Shown here one piece after another: positions 1-10,823 of a stretch of 64,000 bases of DNA; position 1 is the stretch's first letter, and every line of letters begins with the position of its first letter. Made by a program: the position numbers and the translations under genes. Source of the stretch: Nitrospirota bacterium (GTDB lineage: Bacteria > Nitrospirota > UBA9217); assembly GCA_963749655.1 (NCBI GenBank), contig CAVVOB010000033.1:1-64000 (forward strand), read 5' to 3'. The notes under the pieces were generated by a model, which saw nothing but the letters and a program-made list of their open reading frames with translations, had not been told where the DNA came from and searched no databases.

Positions 1-9
1 GGGACAACG

Positions 10-488
10 TCAGTTCCCCATGCCGCGTCTGAAGGCATCGAGCCACATGATGTGGTTTTCTCCTCGTTGATGACCTCGTCGACAACATCCTTCTCCCTCA
101 CGATGGACCGGAGTTCCATGAAGTAAAGTAGGGTCTCCTTTCGAATCCCGAGCGCAAACATGACGGCATCCGTCACGGTCCTGACATGGTCCATGGCGGC
201 AGGGCCTTGCCGCTGCCGAGGAAGAATTCCGATTCCACGAAGGCCCGCATGTAGTTGCTTCACCTCTTCCCACTGGACCGGCTCCTGGTCCCCTGTTTCG
301 CGACCAGAGTCCCTCAGCCCGGTAAACATCTTCTCGTGCTGATTTTTCCTTGCCTGCCAGCGTGGTGAAAAGTTTCACCAGGCCCTCGTCCTTCTTGAAT
401 TTCTCCGCTATGTCGGTATAGAACTAACTGCCAGCGTTTCCGTCTGGACCGCCATCTCCATGACTTCGTCGATCGAATACTTGTTCAT
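10..488 (-). CDS. Ferritin/rubrerythrin-family protein (frameshifted in this sequence)
   Basis: Across frames reads MNKYSIDEVMEMAVQTE..FY..LFTTLAGKEK.H..KETLLYF..VINEEKNHIMWL: paired E/ExxH di-iron motifs. Confidence 0.75.
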
Positions 489-584
489 GCTCGTCTCCCT
501 CGTGAATAGAAGTGAATGGTCTGCGTGACGTGCCGCGCTCTGCATTAAGTACTAGGGAAAGCATAGCGCGTTCCCGGGGGAGTG

Positions 585-1253
585 TCAACCTGATGCTGGC
601 AGTCGGGGTTCCTCGACGATCCGGCCTAGCTCATAGAGCAGAAGCCGGTCGGCGAGCCGCATTGCCTGGTCGCGGTCGTGGGTGGTCATGACGACCGTTG
701 TGCGGGCTTCCTTCTTCATGGCGAGAATGATCGATTCGATGATCCCGGTGTTCTCCTCGTCCACCGATGCCGTAGGTTCGTCGAGAAAGAGGATCTCGGG
801 GCGGATGACGAGCGCCCGGGCGATGCCGAGCCGCTGCGCCTCGCCGCTCGAAAGGGTCCGGGCTGCCTGGTTCTTCTTGTGCTCCAGGCCGACGAAGGCC
901 AGAGCTTCGGCCACCCGCTGTTCGAGCTCTCTTTTCTGAACGCCCCGGATCCTGAGCCCGTAGGCGACGTTCTGGAGCGCTGTCGCATTGAAGACGCCCG
1001 TGCGGGGCAGGACAAGGGTGATCCGCCGCATAAGCGACAAGTCCTGTTCAAGGGCCGCACCGTTATCGGCAAAGAGAAGCTCGCCTTCATCCGGCTTTTC
1101 GAGAAGCGCGCATATCCTGAAGAACGTCGACTTGCCGCAGCCGTTCGAACCCATGAGCACGGAAATCCCATGCTCTCCGAACGAGACCGTGCAGTCCTGG
1201 AGAATGGCTCTCCCGCCGTAATTCTTTTTTATGTGGGACGCGGTGAGCTTCAT
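585..1253 (-). CDS. tupC: Tungstate ABC transporter ATP-binding subunit
   Basis: Walker A GSNGCGKST, signature LSSGE, Walker B LFLDEPT, H-loop TTHD; directly downstream of tupAB. Confidence 0.85.
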   Translation of the reverse strand: MKLTASHIKKNYGGRAILQDCTVSFGEHGISVLMGSNGCGKSTFFRICALLEKPDEGELLFADNGAALEQDLSLMRRITLVLPRTGVFNATALQNVAYGLRIRGVQKRELEQRVAEALAFVGLEHKKNQAARTLSSGEAQRLGIARALVIRPEILFLDEPTASVDEENTGIIESIILAMKKEARTTVVMTTHDRDQAMRLADRLLLYELGRIVEEPRLPASG

Positions 1254-1954
1254 GGATTCTGCATTGAACCTCTTTTCTGAATGCCGTGAAGCAGCGCGTT
1301 GACCGCGAACGAGATCGCCAGGAAGGATCATGCCCAGGGCCAAGGCGAGCTCGAAATTACCCTTGTCCGTTTCGAGGGCGATGGTCGTGGTCATGACACG
1401 GGTATAGCCGGCGATGTTGCCGCCCACGATCAGTACGAGCCCACCTCGGCCATGACCCTGCCGAAGGCCGCGATGATGGCCGACAGGATGCCGTAGCGCG
1501 CTTCCCTGATAATGGTTATGGTCACCTGTCCGGGTGTTGCTCCCAGCGTGCGTGCGGCCTGGCGGATGACGGGGTCCACTCCCATGATGGCGGAGTGGCA
1601 GAGCGAGGCGACGATCGGCAGGGCGAGGATGGTCTGTGCAATAATCATAGCCGAGGGCGAATACAGCAGTCCCAGAAATCCAAGCGGCCCTTTGCGCGAG
1701 AGAAGAAGATAGACGAACAATCCGACCACGACCGGAGGAAGTCCCATGAAGGTGTTGGTAACGCTGATGGCGAGGTCCCGGCCGGGAAATTTCTTGAGGC
1801 CGAGCAGCGCGCCCAGAGGCAGACCTGCGACAGCCGCGAGCATAAGGGCGAGGCCGGACACTTTCAAAGACAGGAGGATAATGCCGAACAGTTCGGCGTT
1901 GAGATGAAAGATCAGATTAAAGGCCTGGAGGAAACCCTGGGATATAGAGTCCAT
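1250..1954 (-). CDS. tupB: Tungstate ABC transporter permease (frameshifts near 1435 and 1320)
   Basis: MGLPPVVVGL..GPLG..AFGRVMAEVG joined to GGNIAGYTRVMTTTIALET, typical TupB. Confidence 0.88.
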
Positions 1955-2038
1955 AGATAAAAGACGGACCGGCGCGGGGAGGTATACTGGGGGTATCGAC
2001 TCGCTTATGCCGCGACGGTCCGTGCTTCTGCTGCATCC

Positions 2039-2855
2039 TTATTTTGCGTTCGGGATAAAGAGCGGGTTTCCGTTCTTGTCCTTGTAAGCGGCTACCGCGT
2101 CCTGGCCCTCTTTCGAGATGATCCAGTTCACGAATTCCATTGCTTCCTTGTATTTTACGGTCTTTGCTTTTTCCGGGTTCACGGCCATGACGCCGTACTG
2201 GTTGAAGAGCGCGGGATCGCCTTCGAGCACGATGATCATATCCAGCTTGTCCTTGTCCTTCGTTGCGAGCCAGGTGCCGCGGTACCGACAGCGTGTAGGC
2301 CCGCTTCTCGTCGGCAACGCGCTGGGTTTTCTCCATGCCCTGGCCGACCTCAAGATACCATTTCTGGCCTGCAGGTTCAATCCCCGCTTTTTTCCAGAGC
2401 GACAGCTCCTTGGTATTGGTGCCGGACTTGTCTCCGCGGGACACGAAAGACGAGCCCGATTGCGAGATCTTCTTGAAGGCATCGACTGCAGACTTCGTGC
2501 CCTTGATCTTCGCCGGATCGTTCGTCGGCCCTATTACCACAAAATCGTTGTACATCACGTCATGACGGTTCACGAAGTAGCCTTCTTCAACCGCCTTCAG
2601 CTCCTGCTCCTTGGCGTGAACGAAGACCACGTCCGCATCGCCGCGCTTACCGATCTCGATCGATGCGCCCGTTCCGACCGCGACCACGTCGATCTTGATT
2701 CCCGTTTTTTTCTCGAACAGGGGAAGCAGATAGTCGAACAACCCGGAATTCTGCGTGCTCGTGGTGGACGCCATTTTGATGCGCGTCTCGGCAAAGGCCG
2801 CGGCTGCACTGCCGATGACTGTAAAAGCGAGAATCAATACGAATAACTTTCTCAT
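2039..2855 (-). CDS. tupA: Tungstate ABC transporter periplasmic binding protein (frameshift ~2285)
   Basis: Signal peptide, ASTTSTQNSGL, VGTG, MYNDFV, SRGDKSGT; C-terminus LFNQYGVMAVNP in ORF 2039-2482. Confidence 0.9.
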
Positions 2856-3120
2856 GTATCCCTCCCTCTCATAAAAATGGTTTGATCAAACATGTTAAGT
2901 CAAAGGCTTGAACCGCGAGGACGCAAGGGACGCAAAGAAGTCAAAAACTTTGCAAAACGTTAATGCACAGCATTCGCTTTCTTCGCGCTCCTCGCGCCTT
3001 CGCGGTGAAATGTTTCTTCGTTTACACCTTCTTCTCTTCCGGCGATTTGGGGTTATATACTTGATCAGGACATAAGACTACCCCCTGTTATTGTTTTTTC
3101 CGCCCTGAGGACGCGGTGAA

Positions 3121-3879
3121 CTAAACTGCGTCGGGATTGAAAAGACGTGTGCCTTGTTTCGAGTATTTCGCTATGATGCCCTGCCCCTCGGGCGATGTAG
3201 CAAAAGCGATGAAATCCATCGCTTCACGGTACCGGACATTCGGGAAGCGGTCGGGATTGACGGCGATTACGCTGTAAAGATTCTTCAGCGCCGGGTCGCC
3301 CTGGAGAAGGACCTTCAGATCGAGCTGCTTCTCGTAGTTCAGGAACGTTCCGGTGTCCGTCAGCGTATAGGCTTTCTTCTGGTCCGCAATAAGAAGGGTA
3401 TCGCCCATTTTGCCGCCGGTCTCAAAGTACCATCCCTTGCCTTTCGGACTGATGCCCGCATCATCCCACAGGTCGAGCTCCCTGATGTTCGTGCCCGAGT
3501 CATCCCCCCGGGAAACGAAGGGAGAGCCCGTTTCCGCGACAAGCTCAAGAGCTTCTGCCGCCGTTTTTACGGTTTTCACCCGCGCAGGGTCCTTCGCAGG
3601 GCCGGCAATAACGAAGGCGTTATGCATGACCGCGCGACGGTTCACGCCGTAGCCTTCGGCAACGAACTTCTCCTCCCGGAACGGATCATGGACAAAGAGC
3701 AGGTCGGCCTCGCCCTTCTTCGCGATGCGAAGGGCCTTCCCGGTGCCCACGGCGATGACCTCCACGGTCACGCCGTATTTCGTCGATTTTTCAAAGGCGG
3801 GAATAAGGATGTCGAAGAGACCGGAGTTCTGGGTGCTCGTGGTAGAGGCGATGACAAGCTTGACGATTTTTTTGCTCAT
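3121..3879 (-). CDS. tupA: Second TupA-family tungstate-binding protein, no signal peptide
   Basis: ASTTSTQNSGL, VGTGKAL, SRGDDSGT, LKNLYSVIAVNP; GGAGG RBS before ATG at 3879. Confidence 0.82.
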   Translation of the reverse strand: MSKKIVKLVIASTTSTQNSGLFDILIPAFEKSTKYGVTVEVIAVGTGKALRIAKKGEADLLFVHDPFREEKFVAEGYGVNRRAVMHNAFVIAGPAKDPARVKTVKTAAEALELVAETGSPFVSRGDDSGTNIRELDLWDDAGISPKGKGWYFETGGKMGDTLLIADQKKAYTLTDTGTFLNYEKQLDLKVLLQGDPALKNLYSVIAVNPDRFPNVRYREAMDFIAFATSPEGQGIIAKYSKQGTRLFNPDAV

Positions 3880-3959
3880 GAGCTGCCTCCTGGCATGATG
3901 ATGGTATTCATTGTAGGCAAAAAGCCGAGACAAGTAAAATTCATTCCATGCATGGATCG

Positions 3960-3976
3960 TATGCGTTTTACGCATA
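3960..3976. promoter_or_regulatory. Inverted repeat TATGCG-N5-CGCATA (LysR-type T-N11-A box) between divergent tupA2 and tauE
   Basis: Perfect dyad in divergent intergenic region. Confidence 0.4.
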
Positions 3977-4057
3977 GAATAAAGTTGCAGAGAAGATGGA
4001 TCTGTCCTATAATTGCCCTGGTTTTGCCGGCAGTCATTTTCACTGCAGGAGGGCAAG

Positions 4058-5033
4058 ATGGATTTTCTCCAGATGACGTTTCCCGTCTCCGGGGTCTCAA
4101 CGAATGTTCTGCTTCCTCCCCTGGTCTCGATGATCATCTCGTTCTTCACCTCCATGGGCGGCATCTCCGGCGCTTTTCTTCTGCTTCCGTTCCAGATGAG
4201 CGCGTTGGGCTACACCGCGCCGTCCGTGAGCGGGACGAACCATGTCTTTAACATCGTCGCTATCCCGAGCGGAGTCTACCGGTATATCAAGGAAGGCCGC
4301 ATGGCATGGCCGCTCACCTGGGTGGTCATCGCCGGAACGCTGCCCGGCGTGTTCATCGGCTACTATCTCCGCGTGCTCTATTTGCCCCACCCGAAGAACT
4401 TCAAGTTGTTCGTCGGCTGCGTGCTGTTGTATATCGGCGTCCGACTGGTGCGCGATCTTCTCGCAGCGGATGGTTCGAGGTCCGCTGCCGCCAAGGCGCT
4501 TGAGGAAAAATTCAGGGCCAGGACGAAGGAGATCAGGAAAGAGCAGGGTGCTAGGATCGCCGCCGGCCTTTCGGCTGATGCCGTGGTGAAAACGATCAGT
4601 GTGTCGATGAAGAAGGTCGAGTACGAGTTCTGGGGAGAGCGGTATTCCTTCAGTACCCTGGGCATGTTCTGTCCTCGCTTTCGTGGTCGGCATCGTCGGC
4701 GGCGCGTACGGCATCGGCGGCGGGGCCATCATCGCGCCGTTCTGCGTGGCTTTTTTCCGGCTTCCGATTTACAGCATCGCGGGGGCCACGCTGATGGGGA
4801 CCTTCATCACCTCCGTTGCCGGAGCGGCATTTTTCAGCCTGATTCCGGCAGCCAACGGCGTGTCACCGCTGCCTGACTGGCCGCTCGGCATTCTCTTCGG
4901 AATCGGCGGCTTTCTGGGAATGTATCTCGGCGCCAAGACTCAGAAGTACCTTCCCCAGAAAGCGATCAAGACCATCGTGGGATCGGCCATTCTGTTTCTC
5001 GCAGTGAGTTATATCATACAGTTTTTTGCCTGA
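4058..5033 (+). CDS. Sulfite exporter TauE/SafE family membrane protein (frameshift ~4670)
   Basis: FFTSMGGISGAFLLLPFQ..GTLPG and GIVGGAYGIGGGAIIAPF repeats. Confidence 0.85.
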
Positions 5034-5336
5034 GACTCCCGCTTTGTCGGCATCGCCGCGCAAGCTGTGACCGCCGCTTACTTATTCACGCCTATAAGAA
5101 GATGCCGGGCTGGAAGTGTTTAGGACGACAATGCTTCGACCGCTGCTTTTTTGAACGTTCACTCCTCTGCGGAGATGCCCCCTAACAGCGGAGATTTTTT
5201 ACGCTTTTGCGCTTGCACGCATTCACGCTTACCCGCTCTTTCATTGCTCTTCTTCAGCATTCCGCATTTCTTAAGACCTGACCGCCGGGAGCTCCGCCTG
5301 CTATAATATGGTAGAGTTCACCGGCAGGGAGGTTCT

Positions 5337-6522
5337 ATGGGTTTCGCAGGCAGACTGGAAGGCATCGCGCCTTCCGACATCTTCCAGATCATCAGTCAAA
5401 ACAGGATGACCGGCACGCTGATCGCGCGCTGCCGGGACGGGACCGCCATGGTCATCTTCAAGAACGGCGAGGTGATCGAGGCGGCGAGCGACGCACCGCA
5501 GGAGTCCCTCGGTTACCTCCTCGTGTCTCAGGGGCTTGTGAACGAGCAGACCATCGTGGCGGCCCAGGAGCGCCGGAAGCAGTCGCCCGAACATCACCTG
5601 GGCGCTGTTCTTGTGGACATGGGCGCGATCTCCGCAAAGGCCCTCCAGGCCGTTGTGCTCAGGCAGATCGAGCGCATCGTGAGCCGTCTGGTCTCGTGCG
5701 ACGATGGGTTCATCACCTTCGACCGCGGCGAGACGGCGCTTAAGCGCAAGCTCAATACGAACGAGTTCTTCCTTGACTCGGGCATCAGCACCGAATACCT
5801 GATGATGGAGCACGCGAGGGTCGTCGATGAGGAGCGCAGACACGGGTCCGACCGGCGGCGCGCCCAGGCCCTCGGCGTGGCTGATAGACATGCAGGGCCT
5901 GCGTCTGCAGCGGCTATGCCCGCGGTCTCATCGTGGTTCCGGGCGATCAGGCTTCCGAAGTCAACGGCTTTGGCCGGAGTCGCGCAGGCCGTGTTCCGGA
6001 AGGGGCGGCAGATCGCACGTTCTCTGATCGACCCGGTCCGCAGCGGCCTGATCCCCTGGCTCAAGACTGCATCGGGCAGGGTCCGCGCTTTCTCGCCTGA
6101 CGGCAGGGCGCTGATCTTCGCCGGTATCGGGTGCATCGCGGCAGGCCTCGTGCTCATGTTGTTAACCGGCCTCTGGTTCCCGACGACGGGAAGCGAACTC
6201 GTGGTTACCGGACGGGTCGTGAACCTCCGCTCCAAGCCCGCGGCCGGCGCGAAAGTGATCGCGCAGGCGTGCGCAGGGCGAGACGGTTTCAGCCATCACG
6301 TCCAGGGAAGGCTGGCACCAGGTGCGGACAAAGGCGGGCGACACCGGCTGGATCAGGCAGAATCTGGCCGAACGCAGGGAGAACAAGGGCATGGCGCGGG
6401 GCTACGGCAAGATCGGCTGCGGGCTTGTGATCATCGCGGGCATGACGTCGCTCATCGTGGGCATCATGCGAAGACGAAGGGTCGGGGCGGCTGCTCCGGA
6501 CGTTCTCCGCGAGAGCGAGTGA
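5337..6522 (+). CDS. DUF4388 (PATAN-like) membrane protein with C-terminal SH3b domain (frameshift ~6270)
   Basis: MGFAGRLEGIAPSDIFQII...TGTL; LGYLLV/LGAVLV; VNLRSKP...WHQVRT..GDTGWI. Confidence 0.7.
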
Positions 6523-6525
6523 ATG

Positions 6526-6558
6526 AAAAAGGACCGGCGTCCTGCTCCGGTCCTTTTT
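6526..6558. terminator. Bidirectional intrinsic terminator
   Basis: AAAAAGGACCGG-loop-CCGGTCCTTTTT between convergent genes. Confidence 0.75.
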
Positions 6559-6621
6559 CTGTTGGATCATGGTTTACGATGTTCTGGACGTTGTCATTAA
6601 AGGCCGGCCCCCGGGATGGTT

Positions 6622-6855
6622 CTATTTATCCCGCACGATCCTGAGGAGAGCGGAAACAAAGCGAGCGAGGATGACGATCACGCCGAGAGCAATAATGATG
6701 AAAAGAAACAGGGACCACAGGGAGTCGAATAGTGCGCCGAGCTTTCTTGCCCACGCGTAATGATCCGTCAAATAGCCGATAGCAATGAATGCGAATAAGC
6801 ATCCTATCGCTAATTTCCAGTCTTCGCGGCTCATCTTTTTTCGTTCAGGGGTCAT
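6622..6855 (-). CDS. Small hypothetical membrane protein (2 TM)
   Basis: GGAGG RBS upstream; two hydrophobic segments. Confidence 0.55.
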   Translation of the reverse strand: MTPERKKMSREDWKLAIGCLFAFIAIGYLTDHYAWARKLGALFDSLWSLFLFIIIALGVIVILARFVSALLRIVRDK

Positions 6856-6929
6856 TCGTTAATACCTCCCGGGGCGAAATGGGAAATGCAAAGATACACT
6901 CTACGATGCGACACTGGCGTAAGCGACTG

Positions 6930-7502
6930 TCAGGAGCCGATGAAATGATTCTCTTTAACCGGCTCCGTAGGGCTGCCGGTCACAAAGAACCGTTCATACC
7001 CGCCAAGATCTACCGTTATGACGAAACTCTCGTCCGAACGTTTCTGATAGAAGACGCCATAACCGTTCATTATCGTGGAACAGTTAGGGTCGCCGGCGCC
7101 CCGGAGATGGCCGCCGGGCGTGAAACCTTCCAGCATGTCAGGACATGATCCCTTTTCTTTGCAGATGATCTCGGCTTTCCGGCCTGTCTCGCGCGCAAAA
7201 TCCATGGCGACTGCTTTTTTGTTGTTGGAATAGGCGCCGAATGCCGTAATGACTGCCAGAAAAACCAGCGCCCTGGCGGCTTTGTTGATCTTTACCCTGC
7301 GGTCCTTTTTCGAGAACCATTGAGTCGCAAGCTGCACCACCACGGCAACGGCGGAAATGAGCCACACCAAACCGAGCATTCCGTTCGCGGCAAAAAGAGC
7401 TACAAGAAGCAGTGCGGACAGAATCGTCCCGAACCACAGCGTCGCTTCCTTAGCAGGGCTCCCGACCTTATGCGCCTCTTGCTTCGCTCCATCATTTTCC
7501 AT
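6930..7502 (-). CDS. Hypothetical membrane protein
   Basis: Three hydrophobic segments followed by soluble Cys-containing domain. Confidence 0.6.
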   Translation of the reverse strand: MENDGAKQEAHKVGSPAKEATLWFGTILSALLLVALFAANGMLGLVWLISAVAVVVQLATQWFSKKDRRVKINKAARALVFLAVITAFGAYSNNKKAVAMDFARETGRKAEIICKEKGSCPDMLEGFTPGGHLRGAGDPNCSTIMNGYGVFYQKRSDESFVITVDLGGYERFFVTGSPTEPVKENHFIGS

Positions 7503-7708
7503 CGAAGATGCCCCCTTCAAGCATACCTGTGTGCTGACGCGCTCTGATATGCGAGGCGTGCCTTCATAATGAGTGTCTGGTCTTCATTTTGGCGTCACGC
7601 CCTCCTGCGAACCGGATTACCGATCGTTAAATCATACATATCGCAGGAGCTGCAAAGCACCGTAGGAACCATCGTCCCCCTCGGGTCTCAGGAGCGAACG
7701 GGGTGACC

Positions 7709-8239
7709 CTAAATATTTTCAGCGAGGCTCTCCTTTTCATAGGCCATTACCCGCTCACGTTCCTCTGCTATTGACAGCGACTCAAGGTACTTCTCCATCT
7801 CAGCCGCACAGGGAAAAGCAGTCGGAATCTGCGCATCAGGGACGCAGACAACCAGGACCGTCCTCACAAGATCCATCACGCTGAATTCGAGAAGTCCGCG
7901 AATTTTTTCAGGCGTGGCCTGTGTGAGCCGGAGAGGATCGGGATGATACCAGCCATGGCTCTGAGGAGTAACGGACGCAGCGTCGATATCCTTCGTTTTT
8001 GCTGCGATCATGCCCTGTTTCGCCGCAAAAGCGGAAACATGGGTGCGAAGCAGCTGGATTCCCCGTACTGCCGGATTGGAGCAGATGCCGGCCTTTCTCC
8101 AGGAGAGCCGGCAGAACCGGGAGAGATTGATTCCGCAGGAGTACAGGTAGCTTTCCGGGCCGGGTCCCGGCTCCTCCCGGATCACGACATACAGGAAAGC
8201 GTTTTTATACTCGAACGAACGGATCGGCGCGGATTGCAT
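7709..8239 (-). CDS. Hypothetical protein
   Basis: 176-aa ORF with AAGGA RBS. Confidence 0.55.
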   Translation of the reverse strand: MQSAPIRSFEYKNAFLYVVIREEPGPGPESYLYSCGINLSRFCRLSWRKAGICSNPAVRGIQLLRTHVSAFAAKQGMIAAKTKDIDAASVTPQSHGWYHPDPLRLTQATPEKIRGLLEFSVMDLVRTVLVVCVPDAQIPTAFPCAAEMEKYLESLSIAEERERVMAYEKESLAENI

Positions 8240-8435
8240 GATCAGTATCCTTTCTTTCTACGCATCACGTTGCCTGCCCTATGCCCTGTAGGGGGCCCGG
8301 CTTAAAGATTGAGTTGCTTTTCCTTTTCAAGACTGCCACTGCTGCTTCCACTTCTTTCCGACTGTCTCTTCACTTCGGAGATACCCCGGGACAGTCGCAG
8401 GGTCTTTCTGAGTCTGACCCCATGGTTTCTCACAA

Positions 8436-9719
8436 TTAGAATGTCGAACCGCTCAGCTGCCTTGCAAAGGCCGGCAATTTGTCCATGATCTCCTCTTCCC
8501 GCCCTTTGAAGGATTTCTCCGACGCGATTCCGAGTGTTTCAAGCGTTTCCACGTCGATCCGCTTTGCCTGCATGATGATGGTTTTCCCGAGCAGGCTCAG
8601 CCGACCGGTCACGACCTGGTTCGCAGCGAGTCCTTTGCCTGTCTTGATTGCGTCTTTTTCATCAATCAGGCCTGTCTGCTGCAAGGCCATTTCCTGCAGG
8701 ACCTGCTTCAGGTTCTCGCGGTTCACGAGAGTGAATCTTCTGAGCTGAAAAAACTCTTCGCGAAGCGCGTCTGTGAGGATCAAGGCCGACGGTTTATACT
8801 GCTCGGGCGCGTCAAAATCGTAAACGACCAGCCGCGTTTTGCCGGTCGCCGCCCCCGGCTCTATGACACCTGCCGGCTCCCTGACTACCTTGACATAATC
8901 CGGTATCGCTGCGGGCTCCGTCTCCTTGTTTCTGTGACGCCCGGCCGGACGGTCGTCTGTTTCCGGCGCCGCCCCCCCTGATTTCGAAGACGAATCACCT
9001 TCCGGCTCCCCCTGCGGCTCGACTGCAGCAGTTTGCCTGTCCGGTGCTGCTGCCTGGACCGGCTGACCGATCGGAGCCCGGGTAACGGGAGCAGGCGGTG
9101 CCGTTTCCTGCGGCTTGATCCCCTCTGCCTTTTTGAGCGCCGTTGCGAGCATATCTTCCTTCGCGCTCAGGAAGATCTCCCGGTAGGTTTTCCCGGTAAT
9201 TGCACGCTGCTCCTTCTGATCTGCCTTCATATTCCGCCTTACTTCGTACCGCACGCCGAACTTCTTTCCCGTATCGGTGTTGATCAGTATGTTCGTCACG
9301 GCGAATGCCGGCGTTGCCAATTCAGCCCGGAACTTTTCCCGTTCGACGATCATGACATACTCGGCATGCACGGCCTTTGCGATCTTTTTCGCCAGTGCCC
9401 AATCGTTGTTCTGAAGCAGTGAACGCGACAGCGTCTGCCCGCCGATCACGGTTGCAACGTCTTCTTCCGGGACGACCTGGTAGATTCCCGTCTCTTCGAG
9501 ACAGACCCGGGCAAGTCTGTACTGGATGTTAGCGAATCTGTCATGGGATTTCCCAAAGCCCATCTTACGGGCGGCACTGGACACGGGCTGGACATAGACG
9601 CGGAGCTTGGCATCCGGCGGAGGAGGAGGAAGGGTGCCGACATGAAAACTCACGCACCCGGTAAATGCGAAGAACCCGATACAGGAAAGGAGAAAGTTTT
9701 TTGACGTGCGACGGATCAT
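8436..9719 (-). CDS. Lipoprotein with C-terminal CsgG/TolB_N-like domain
   Basis: Lipobox FAFTGC; LVNRENLKQVLQEMALQQTG..ANQVVTG..IDVET. Confidence 0.7.
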   Translation of the reverse strand: MIRRTSKNFLLSCIGFFAFTGCVSFHVGTLPPPPPDAKLRVYVQPVSSAARKMGFGKSHDRFANIQYRLARVCLEETGIYQVVPEEDVATVIGGQTLSRSLLQNNDWALAKKIAKAVHAEYVMIVEREKFRAELATPAFAVTNILINTDTGKKFGVRYEVRRNMKADQKEQRAITGKTYREIFLSAKEDMLATALKKAEGIKPQETAPPAPVTRAPIGQPVQAAAPDRQTAAVEPQGEPEGDSSSKSGGAAPETDDRPAGRHRNKETEPAAIPDYVKVVREPAGVIEPGAATGKTRLVVYDFDAPEQYKPSALILTDALREEFFQLRRFTLVNRENLKQVLQEMALQQTGLIDEKDAIKTGKGLAANQVVTGRLSLLGKTIIMQAKRIDVETLETLGIASEKSFKGREEEIMDKLPAFARQLSGSTF

Positions 9720-9844
9720 ATACGCCTCCTGTTGGGAGCGGCAGTAAGTAGGAATGGCGCCGCCCTCTTCGATCCGCAGTTTTCCGGCCATGACAGAGGT
9801 TAGCAGATGTCGGGGAACGATGTCAATAACTCAATCTATAAGTC

Positions 9845-9966
9845 TGATAATCATAGGAAGGCACCCCATATGTTCCGATCGCCCTTGAACACGGGTTTCC
9901 TCTCATTGTCGTGGCTCGTAATATGATATAGAGCGCCGGCGTGCACGATTCATAAAAACGGGCCAT
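9845..9966 (-). pseudogene. N-terminal relic of REP-associated tyrosine (HUH) transposase, RAYT/TnpA-REP
   Basis: MAR../IVHAGALYHITSHDNERKPVFKGD resembles the RAYT start MARPLRIEYPGALYHITSRGNERKxIF; GGAGG-like region upstream absent, ORF broken. Confidence 0.7.
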
Positions 9967-10135
9967 ATCGGAGGTTGTCAGTGTGGAACGGCAAAGTCCA
10001 ACATTAAAGGCCTGACCATTTAAGGTTTCGTTTGCCGCAGTATGATGAATTCAGGATGATGCGGAGCGGGCGGAATAGGGGGCCAGAATAGCAGAGAAAA
10101 GAGCTAAATTCAACAAAAGAGATGCGGGGTTTTCC

Positions 10136-10246
10136 ATGACGGAGAAGCGACGTAAAATCGACGGTCGGTTCTTTGTCGAATCTTGTCGGCTGCCGGTGTT
10201 AGTCGGTTTTAAAGTGTCGTTTCCTGTCGGGTTTCGTCGACTTTTG
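10136..10246. repeat. 10-nt-period CGAC/GTCG inverted repeat element, copy 1
   Basis: GAAGCGACGTAAAATCGACGGTCG..GTCG units every ~10 nt. Confidence 0.65.
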
Positions 10247-10484
10247 ATTTTCTCCCTCCCCTCTTCCTGTGTCGTCCGACAAAAAAGTAAAGGAGTATCC
10301 CGATTGGAGGGACGATCACGACAAGAGCGATCCAGAGAAACTTGTCTTTCTTCTCTTTGAACTCACTGCTTATAACATCGGCAAAAGCCATTATCCAGAG
10401 GATGACAAAAAGCAGCGGAAGTATATAGTACAAACCGCAGGCAATATATTCATACTGCACCTCTAACGGCATTTCATTATTCAT
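10209..10484 (-). CDS. PLDc_N-type small membrane protein
   Basis: LWIMAFADVISSEFK..DKFLWIALVVIVPPIGILLYFFVGR. Confidence 0.75.
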   Translation of the reverse strand: MNNEMPLEVQYEYIACGLYYILPLLFVILWIMAFADVISSEFKEKKDKFLWIALVVIVPPIGILLYFFVGRHRKRGGRKSKVDETRQETTL

Positions 10485-10823
10485 ACGAGAAAAATACCAG
10501 ATGCTGAGGGCCATGTAAAGAGGCAATTACGAACGGTCGCGGCATAACAGCAGATGCCGTGATAACAAAGTTTTTACTGCTCGCGAAGAAGGGCGGCGAC
10601 TTCTTATCAATCCCACAATCTCGGATGTTCCCTCCGCTCTGTTCGTATCGATGAATATGACAGGTACCAATTATTTAGTTGCATTTTCTTGCACGGTGGT
10701 ATATTAATTAATGCACAAAATTCCATCTTTGCCTTGTTTCCAGACGCGACCTTAGAGCCGGGTTCGAACACCTCACTCGGCTCATAAAAAATACAGCAGT
10801 TTTTCGGGGGGAGGCTTCAAACC

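Noticed and set aside
3050-3080. ModE/TunR-like operator upstream of tupA (GTTATAT..ATAAGAC)
   Set aside because: Dyad too imperfect to call without a matrix.
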